A stretch of DNA of 64,000 nt from NCBI GenBank assembly GCA_047495785.1, contig JBLDXI010000014.1, positions 124,001-188,000 on the forward strand, in the 5' to 3' direction. Positions 35,860 to 45,400 of the stretch are shown piece after piece. A program made the translations under genes and the position numbers. Each line of letters opens with the position of its first letter. The first letter of the stretch is position 1. Source of the stretch: Lepidodermella squamata. Lineage: Eukaryota; Animalia; Gastrotricha. A model generated the notes under the pieces. The model ran no database searches. It worked only from the letters and a program-made list of their open reading frames with translations, and was not told the DNA's origin.

Positions 35860-37853
35860 ATGCATTCAACGGTGATGGCTTGCAATTTCGTAATGGCGTT
35901 GTTTGCGATCCTTCTCCCAGCTGGCTGCCAAGACTTTGCCACTACAACCAATCTGGCCGGTGATTTACCCCCGATTTGCCATGAAATCAAGTGTAAGCTT
36001 ATCAAAAAAATGCGGCCCAGCTTTCATTCTTTTGCGATATAAATCACAGATTCAGATTTGGACGTGGAGCAGTTTGCATTTGCAAACTACTCGAAAATGA
36101 GCAGGCCGGTTCAAAACGCAAGCCAACCTATCACCGTCCTGTTTTCAATTGTTTTTGCCCGTGTCGTTGACATAGTAAGAATGAACTCGTTCACTTCATT
36201 TGAATTCACGCCCCAAATTTGCAGTTTGAGAAAGATCGTAAGATTCTCATCGATGCTTATATTCAGCTGCAATGGGTTAACGAGTTGATCAATCAGTGGA
36301 CCTCGGTCGAGCCATTCAACTGTACGACAAAGTTGATCGCTCCCACGACTAAAATTTGGATTCCGGACGTCTCTATCGTTAATACACCTCGTGAGTTTAT
36401 CTGAATTGTTTAGGAAACAATATTTAATGTCGGAATTCGTTAAAATTAGAGGACAAATATTCCTTGCTGATGATTCGAGGCCACAAGGTTGAGTTGACAT
36501 CAGACGGGACGTGCATCTACTACCCGAGTGGATACTTCAATGCTTCATGCTCCATGGATCTTCGATATTTTCCATTTGACGAGCAGGTGTGTGTCCCTGT
36601 CGTTTTTCTCTGTGAAGTCATTAGGAATTACATGTTTTAAGGTTTGCATGATCCGTTTCGCATCGTGGGCGTATCCTGCCGAAATGCAGAATCTAGTCGC
36701 TTCCAGCTTACCTATCGACTTTGACTTGGCCAACTTCATAGTACGATTTTATTTTGTTTAGCTATAGTTAATTTTGTAAATTTTCCGTTTAAGGAGCATG
36801 GCCAGTGGCACATTGAAAGCACGGAGGCGGTCAGCAGTCATATATTCAACCCGACAACTGAAAAATCTTACGATGAGGTGGGGAAATTGTTCTTTCCTAT
36901 ATACACTTCCTAATGACCCTTCAATTTAACTAGGTGCAGATTTACATCTACCTCAAACGGAAGGCGAGACATCTTTTATTTAACCCGGGCTTCAATTATT
37001 ACTAATAGTTTCCCATCCTTTAGCCAGCTTACTACCTTATCAACGTGATAGTCCCTGTCCTCATCATCGTCATCAGCGAAATTTCGCTGTTTTCCCTGCC
37101 GGTAATTTGGTACATTTTGGAACCTTCAAATTTTTTTACTTTGAATTTCCTATTAGCTAACGCGGGCTTTGAAGCTACGAGTTTCCTTCAAGACTTTGCT
37201 AGCTTTTGGCATGTTTCAGTAAGCTTTGCTGATCTTTATGACTTCCTTTTATGCCATTACTTGACAGAACAATCATGCTACACGATTTACCAAGAGACAG
37301 CAGCTCATCTCTTCCCTTATTGACCATTTTTCTCGACATCACGATGGCTTACATTGGCTTGGTCCTGGTAGGGGAAGGCTGTATATTCTTAATGTTAAAC
37401 GTCGGTGGTGAAGAGCATGTAAGTTACTAGAGAAGTAATGAATATGGTTGCATTGTTCAGCTCCGCTTATAGAATCCTCCACCCAACTGGTTGGTTCGCG
37501 TTTGCATTTTTTGTGGCCCACTGTTTGGTGTTCATGATGGACAAGTTCATCATCATTTGAAAAAAACCAAGCGACAGCGGCATCTCGAAAAAGAGATCGC
37601 ATCAATATCAGCGATAATTCTTGCTCACAGCGTGCATTCTCAACAGGAAAATGCCGAGCATCACGGAGGTGACGGTGGCGAAGAACTGGACGACGAAAAG
37701 CGAATGCATCGCAAATACGGCCATCATTCTTTCCACAGGTCGTGGCTGCTCATCGCTCGGCTAACCGAACGCGTCCTGTTTTTTACCTACGTCATCGCCA
37801 TCATTTTAACTCCGATCGTTATTTATGAGGTGTTACCGCCACTGAAGCAGTAG
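35860..37853 (+). CDS. Divergent nicotinic-acetylcholine-receptor-like Cys-loop subunit (non-alpha), multi-exon
   Basis: Signal peptide, YSKMSRPV, WIPDV, Cys-loop CSMDLRYFPFDEQ|VC, FASWAY, no vicinal CC in loop C, M1-M4. Includes a GC-AG intron at 36964-37023. Confidence 0.9.
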
Positions 37854-38243
37854 TGAATCGTCAGAAAATCATTATCATCCACTTTTTGACTAATAAATGT
37901 CACGAAGCAATCATTTGCAACTGAATGGTTTTTTGGAAACCGGGAAACCCAAACCAGGCATAAGAGGCTGGTATAAGGAATGCTATTTAGCAGTACGAAA
38001 AATTCCACAAAAAAGCAACTTTGTCAGCATGTCAAACAGTTTTATTATTGTTTGTAAACACATCTCGTGAGAGTATGCCTGGTTTGGGTTTCCCGGTTTC
38101 CAAAAAACCATTCAGTTGCAAATGATTGCTTCGTGACATTTATTAGTCAAAAAGTGGATGATAATGATTTTCTGACGATTCACTACTGCTTCAGTGGCGG
38201 TAACACCTCATAAATAACGATCGGAGTTAAAATGATGGCGATG
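37793..38243. repeat. 170-bp inverted repeat (37793-37962 / 38074-38243), 111-bp spacer, copy 1 only
   Basis: 38074-38243 is the reverse complement of the channel's last codons and 3' UTR. It is absent from copy 2 (55024-55202 differs). Confidence 0.95.
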
Positions 38244-38773
38244 GCCGCCAGGGCCAACGTCAGAGTTTGCAAGAACTCGACTGAGGAAGCCGAAGCTTCG
38301 CTGGGTTCCGTTTTCGGCGGAATTGGGAGCCCGATGTTAGCGCAGTCCTCACTGCTGTTGTTACCATTTTGCTCCATTGGCGCTGCAACGCCAGGCGGGC
38401 CATTGCTGCTCGCCGAAGAAGATCTTCGTCTCGATTTTGCGCGTCTGTTTTGAAACCATATCTGTATCCTTGTCTCAGAGACACCTATCGCTTTCGATAG
38501 CTGTTGCCTTAGCTCGCCGTTAGGGTACTGCGTTTGAGAGAACGTGTTTTCTAACAGCGAAAGTTGTTGCAGCGAAAATGTCGTGCGATGCCGCCGTCCG
38601 TTTTGTGCGACGCGCTGCGCCGATGATAGGAAAATGGCAGGCAATGAACACCGGCGATGGCACTCGACGTGGGTCTTGGCATGTAAGATCACTGGGACGC
38701 TGCTCATACCTTTAAGGCGCATCGAAACCGTCGATCCATCACTAAGCCGACTCGCGTCGTCATCGCAATCCAT
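38183..38773 (-). CDS. PRD-class (Q50) homeodomain protein, chimeric allele ending in the channel M4 tail (196 aa)
   Basis: RRHRTTFS...QYP...RIQIWFQNRRAK. First ATG at 38773 (the ORF track starts at an upstream GTG). C-terminus IAIILTPIVIYEVLPPLKQ is identical to the end of the channel. Confidence 0.85.
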   Translation of the reverse strand: MDCDDDASRLSDGSTVSMRLKGMSSVPVILHAKTHVECHRRCSLPAIFLSSAQRVAQNGRRHRTTFSLQQLSLLENTFSQTQYPNGELRQQLSKAIGVSETRIQIWFQNRRAKSRRRSSSASSNGPPGVAAPMEQNGNNSSEDCANIGLPIPPKTEPSEASASSVEFLQTLTLALAAIAIILTPIVIYEVLPPLKQ

Positions 38774-39690
38774 CGTCCGCGCCGTATAATGTAGGTTATT
38801 TTTTGCTAATGAAAATTCCAAAATAATTGCCAAACTAATTGCTCCTATTATGTTGTTTCCGAAGGCCAGCTTTGTCACGCATTTATTTTATCGATACTTA
38901 TTTATATTAAAATCTACGCAATATATTATGAGAACACGAAGTGAATTGCCATGCATTGCCCAATTTCCGTCTCCCTGGTTTTATCTATAATTATGTTCGC
39001 TGGTTGTTTCCACAGAAGCCGCGTGTTTTTATGAACATTCCGCGATATATTTTCGGCTAACAGCAATTTTCGCCGATAAAAACGCGACGTAAAGGCGCAG
39101 CTGTGCTGAGCAAACAGCCGCACATTCACCTTAAATTGTAAGATAATTAAATCATTATTATAATATTATCATTAATTACGGCGTCTAATTACTGGGCTTG
39201 GAGATATGAGCCAGGGACATGTAAAAGCGGTAGAAGACCGTGCTCGATAAATTGGTAATAGTCCAGTAGATTAAGCAGGATGAAGCCGGAATTGCAGTCC
39301 AACTTGCGTAATTGTGATATAAGTGGGAGGGGCAATAAAATGATAATTAATGGAGACCTAATAATGCACTATGAATGCCAAATTCAACAACGTTTTTTGG
39401 CGTATGTTTACAATATCGCACCCTATATATGTGTAATTACCGATAACTTTTTATTGCTGTCGAGAGTACGGAAATAACTGTGACCTGATAGGCACAACCT
39501 CATTTTTTGCTGTAACAAGTTTCACCGGGTGCATCTCCATAAAAAAACCAAGCCTCGGACTATAGGAAATAACTAAATAACTAAAAGATTGGGGAACCTT
39601 CCACGCGATAGAATTTTTTTTTATTGGAAATCATAAATGTTCACAGTAATGAAAATAATGTGCAGTCAGCCCTGTGTTTCAAGTCCTTAT

Positions 39691-41616
39691 TCAAAATTGT
39701 AAACATTCCAGTGATTTTGAAATGCGAACCTGACCTGCAGGCTTTTGGATATTGTCAGTCGAGAAAACCTCGCTGTTCGGCGATGCGTGGTCGTTGTCGA
39801 AGAAAGCTGTGCTAGTCTCGTTGGACTTTTCATCATCGGTCCGATTACTGCTCACAGATGCCGATTTACCTTTGCTTCCTTGGATTAAATGAAACAGCTT
39901 CGAAAACGTCTTCAGCCAAGGTGAACTGCTCGCCGAGCCCTTACGTTGCCCACAGCAAAGCATGTCCCTAAATTAAAAAAATTGCCTTGAAAGATTATGC
40001 TCTCCCCATTCGACGATTACCTTATCAAGCCGAGAAAAGCTCGATTGAACAAACAGAAAATCGGGAAAGGAATAGCGTTGGATGAATATTGCAGCAGGTT
40101 GAAAACTGGATTCAGCGAGAATAGGACATCGGGGCGCAGAGATAGAGCCTCCATCAACTGGGATCTCGTGGTTTCGTGAAGGTTCATCATACTCATGTAG
40201 AGCGTCAAAGGCAAAGACAATGCTAGGAATAGCATGTTTTGTGCAACCAGCATTCTGCTATGCAAATGATGAAAGGGAAAAGCGATTAATGAGTACTCAG
40301 CATTCATCATTCAGCCCACGAAAATTAGTTAATTTTTGAGAAACTATCTACTAACCTGGTTATAGTTTTGGCGAGCATATTCTGATGACTTGTACGAGGC
40401 GTTGAATTTATCCGAGCTGTAGCTGCTTTTTTGGCGGCGTAGCGGCTTTTCATCGGAAGATAGACGGGCTCGGGCTGGTTGAGACCAATGCAAGATGCTG
40501 ACATGGCATGGAAACTGCTAGGTGCTGCTAATAAAGCTGGAAAGGTTAGATAGCTTCGATGCTCCGGAGTTTCGCAGCATCTTGTCCTATAAGGCAATCG
40601 GGTGATGAAGCAAGGGACCAAAATTATGAAAATACTCACTCGATCCTCAAAGACCGCTTTAGAAACAATGCCGAACAATGTTGCTGGCTACTGCGGCGAT
40701 TGATTGCCTCTGAAAATCGTTTCTTCTGCCTTGAACTTACGAGAACAAGTGCGGCCGAAAACGCTGTGACTAGAATGAATGGTAGAAGCGTTGCGACCCA
40801 CGCGTCCACGATATGATAGTGCATCAAAAATGTGATCCAACTCTCATCGGTTGTACATTGCATGCCTTGAGACGATGATTCATCAGTGCCATCAGGAAGT
40901 TCAAACCTGGCTGCCAGTTGGTAAGGAATGGCCAGGGCAGCGCTTATAACGTGGCACGAGATAGATGCGATAATTGCGAACTTCGCGTCGATTCTGCTGC
41001 GGTAGAAGAAGGGAGCAGCGACCGAAGCCATTCGATCGAAAGCAATGAGGACAAAATGCAATGATGAGGCATAGGCTGACATCGAAAAACAGGTTTTCAA
41101 TTGTAATGTGTCAGAAAGAAAGAATCATACTCAGCCAATAGGTCATCAGCACGTGACCATAGCAGCCAATTTCTGAGAGTCCTCGCACTGACAGTTGGGG
41201 GAAAACGGCATCTAGGTAGTAGTTGATGCCGAAGCCTGCGATCGCGGAGAATCGATTAATTATTAATTGAGAAGTTATAGGTCGATGGAAACTTACCGGA
41301 TGTCAAGCTGAGCAAATTAGTGATCGCCTGGGATAGAATCAACACGATCGTTGCGCAATATTTGGTCTTCTTCTTCGTAAAAGCTTGAAAATTTGAAGAT
41401 ATTCAAGGATTCAAGAAAAAAAATAGAATATAAGTACCCACCGAGGATAATGAGGAGATTCCCGAAAATTCCTAAAATCACAAGCGGAGTGCCACAGGCA
41501 ATGTAAATTTTCCGACTTTCCGACCATGGATCCGACGCCTGTTCTTCGACGCAACTTCCTAGTTGCAAAATCGAGGCAGCTATCAGAAATCGATGCATTC
41601 GCAAAACTGCTGGCAA
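39691..41616 (-). CDS. Class A (rhodopsin-like) GPCR, neuropeptide-receptor-like, 7 exons
   Basis: Signal-peptide-like N-terminus, TM1 GIFGN, TM3 AFDRMASV, TM5 TLLPFILV, long ICL3, TM6 FLALSLP, TM7 SNAIPFPIFCLFN, CC palmitoylation site. Exons join in frame through GT-AG introns. Confidence 0.85.
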
Positions 41617-42484
41617 CGTCCCATATCCCTGAATATTTGTACGATGATAGCGATCTGTTGTTTTGCTTGTTTAGCAGCTAGGTTAGCACTAGGAGCTAGG
41701 TCTCGGTTCCTAGCCAGGCGTGGTGGTCCAATTATAATTAGGACCCGCCGGCGGGCGACTAATGAGTTGCGATAACAGCCAACGCACGCCTGGTTTCGAA
41801 TTTCGGCCTGGCTAACCAGCCAAGCGTGCGGAGATCGCATCTTCAAGTCAAATTAGCGAGTTATTCGATAAAAAAGAGACGCAATTTACGCGCCTCAAGT
41901 CCTATGATATATTTGCGTCAGTTTATACTTTTTACTATTCTGAATTTTATGAATGACGATATTATATAGATCCAAGTATAGATAAGACTTTGATGAACTG
42001 TCGATCATTGCGCCTTTTATTTATTTTCCGTAATTGTCTGAACGTTCCAAAGTAATAATAATTATCAACAGGCCAAAAAGCAGCTATAATATATTTGCGC
42101 TGACTCGTCATATCAGGTTCGCCGGCTCAATGTATGACGATGAGTCTTCAACGACACAGCGAGTAACAACAGCATACGGTTCATGCGTAAAAAACACATA
42201 AAGCTACACAAATTCTTGATCCAATTCGAACACAACATCGAAACAAAAAAGCGCGCGCGCGATTTTTTTTTTACAAGAGAGCAAGCGTCATACACGTAAG
42301 CAGATCAGTTTCAGTTTTCCAGCGATTTTTTTTTAACAATCTTCAACTCGAAAAATTTGCGTAGCAACGGAGAATTCATGTATAACGATTCATGGAAATA
42401 GTATTTTGAGTATGAACCAACAAAACGATGTCGAATAACTTATGGCGAGTTTCTAGCTTCATCGAAAATTTAAATCGTATAATA

Positions 42485-45400
42485 TCAAACTCGGACGTTT
42501 TGCGCGTTGACGTAGATAGATTCTTCAGCTGGCGCCTCGTCCAGCTGGTTCAGCAGTCTTTCCGTCGATGATGATATCGAAGATACATCAAGGTTTTGCA
42601 TATCGTGATAAGCCTGGGGCGCTACATCGGCCCGCCCAGCAGCAGGGGTTCCATTCATTTCTATCAACCAAAAGTTATATAATTATTTTTATTTATGTCA
42701 TCAGTTTTTACCGTCGATGTGCCGTTCGCAATGAGGTCCTAGGAAACCACGTTGGCACCGGCACCGGCCCGAGCGCCGATCACAGCCCTTGCTATTCGGC
42801 GGTGGCATGCAGTTGCACGTCAAACTGCATTCCGGGCCGAAATGATACGGCTGGCAGCGCCGATGATGTTCTGTCAAACTCCGAGCCGTGCTCGCGAAGT
42901 GCCGCGCTGTCCTTCGTGCCTCTGCACTTCGCGTCTCCGCCGGTCCGATAAGAACGGCGTCAGTGCTGTTACCCGCGACGGAATCTGTCGCGTTGTCGAA
43001 ATCTTCGACTCGATTGCGGTTTAAAAAGCCGCCGTCACGCCTCAATTGAGGCAAGTGGTGCCGCGTGATATTGCCGACTCCCATGCATCGGCCTGAAGCA
43101 CGATCGCATTGGTTACTCCTACATAACGGCGAGCAGGATCTGTTGCAATTGATGCCCCAGTAACCGGAATCACATTCTATAAATGAAAACATTCAAAAAC
43201 ATTTGATTTTTCACTAAAAGAGCACTCACCATGTTCGCAAAGGGTTCCGACGTAACCAGGCCGCTGACAGGTGCAGCACCCAGTCACGTGGTGACAAACG
43301 CCACCATTTTGGCACAAGCATTTATGGGCGCACCGAGGCCCGTAAGTTCCGACAGGGCAGTGGTCAGCGCATTTCGGTCCAGTGAAGCCGGAGTTGCAAA
43401 TGCACTGACCCGTGACGCGGTCGCAACCGGCCGAGCCCTCTGGGTGGCAGTTGGCGTTTTCGCACGACTCGGCGCAGTTGCGACCAAAGACGCCGGCTGG
43501 ACATGTTTTCGAACAGTGCCTGCCAGTGAAGCCGGGCGCGCAGTCGCAGACACCGCTAACTGGGTCACACCGAGATCCATTATGCATACAACGGCATCGC
43601 CGCATACAGTCGTGGCCGTAGTAGTGATTCGGACACTGATGATCGCAAAGTGGGCCGATGTAGCCTGGTCTACATCGACATTGTCCCTTGTCATCGCAGG
43701 TACCATTCGCGTGGCAAGGGCACACGTCCTGGCATGCGGGTCCGAAGAACCCAGGAGGGCAACCTGACAGTGGTTGATCTATAAAATCAAATTAGTTCGC
43801 ATTCAATTGAAATATTTATAGGTCACCTTGATCAGCTGGGACCATCAACATATCCTCGCCCTCGACCATTTCCTTAAAACTGCGAACTTCGACCTCACGA
43901 CTAGAGGCAAATGCAACAGTTTTCTTCGGCTGGTTGCCATTTCGCTTCCGATCGAAACGCCCATCTTTGCTAGATATCGATGAAACGCCATCTTTATTTG
44001 GCTTTAGCCTCGTTCTCTGGGGGTGGCGATGTGTTGCATTCGGGTGCTGGTGATGGCGGTGTCGGGTTGGCGACCGGGATCCGTCAGTTGCGTGGCTGGA
44101 TCGGGGCGAGTTAAGATCGCTCAAAATCATCGTCTCCAACATTCTCTCCCGACTTCGGCCATCTTCGTCCCGCCGCCGCGTTGTCTCTATCCTGGCTGTA
44201 CTCGTGCTTGGCTGATCGTTGAACTGAGCATAACCAGACCCATTCATATCGCCCTGTTGATGCATGTAAATCGCAAATTCCTCGGCAACAGAGTCACGAA
44301 CAGGCGTCTCTTGCAGCTGTTTTACGTCGACTTCCTCCATCGACGGCGACTCGAGGCAGATTCCGGTCACGTGATGGCAATTGTTGTAGCCGCACTGGCA
44401 TTTCTGCTGGCAATCGGCGCCGTAGAAGCCGGGCGCGCACTTCTCGTCGCACGCGTCGCCGATGTAACCAGGCGGGCAAATGCAGGTGCCGAGGAACCGG
44501 TCGCAAGTTGCATTTTCATTGCGGCAATCGCACGTTGAGCTGCAGTTGGCGCCGTAGAGACCAGGCTGGCACGCGACATCGCACCGCTCGCCTGTCCACC
44601 CGCTGGTACAGATGCATCGGCCATCGATGGGTGAACAGTCGTCACTGTTTGCGCCGCAAGTACACTTCTGCCGGCAGTTTTGCCCAAAAGATCCAGCGGC
44701 ACATTCTAAATTGATTGAAATTCAGATAAAGCTAAATGAAGGCAAACTTAGAAACTTACGCTGATCACATTTTTGCCCACGGTAACCGGGCTCGCAAATG
44801 CAGGCGCCGCTCACTACGTCGCAGCCTTTCGTGAAATGGGACGAGTTGTCGTTGTTGTTTCGATAGTTGTTCATTGAGATCGATGATGCATTATTGTTGA
44901 AAGCTGAAGCGGGAAGCGACGGAACGTACTCACGAGGCGGCGGTACCGGGCATTCGCAACGCTGCTCGCAATTTACACCGTAGAAACCATCTTGACACGG
45001 CTCACAGCGCTGCAATTCGGGCGAGTAATAAGTTCCAACCGGGCAGTAACAAGATCCTACAGAAAAATTCCTGATTCAGAGTGAACAAAGAAAAGGAAGA
45101 ATTTCACCTGTAGCAGGTTCACAACCAACAGCTTCGAGGTAGCCGCCTGAAACTGTATCCATCGAAAGCGAGTCCAGCTCGGAAGCGTATTTAGCAGATG
45201 AAAATTGGAAGCCGCCACCTGCCAGCGGTGCCATCATAACGGAGCAGTTGCACGCCTGTGAGCATTCAGGGCCGAAATAGCCGAACGGGCAGTCTTCGGC
45301 ACACTGCACGCCGATTTTGCCGGGCGGGCACACGCACTTGCCCGAGACTGGGTCGCAGCCGTAGGGTGCGCAGTCGAGGCAAGCGTCCAGACACATGGGT

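Noticed and set aside
38774-38878. Hydrophobic signal-like N-terminus on the homeobox ORF
   Set aside because: Depends on a GTG start. A TATA-like box near 38900 and the first ATG at 38773 indicate this is 5' UTR.
41660-41815. Short inverted repeats upstream of the GPCR (CTAGGAGC/GTTCCTAG, CCAGGCGTG/CACGCCTGG)
   Set aside because: Only 8-9 bp, with no TSD or family evidence; compatible with chance.
42485-42660. MEGF10/Draper-type receptor call from tail tyrosine motifs (YHDM, IYVN)
   Set aside because: No transmembrane exon between the last EGF and the tail; the Ca-binding EGF block fits secreted MEGF6.
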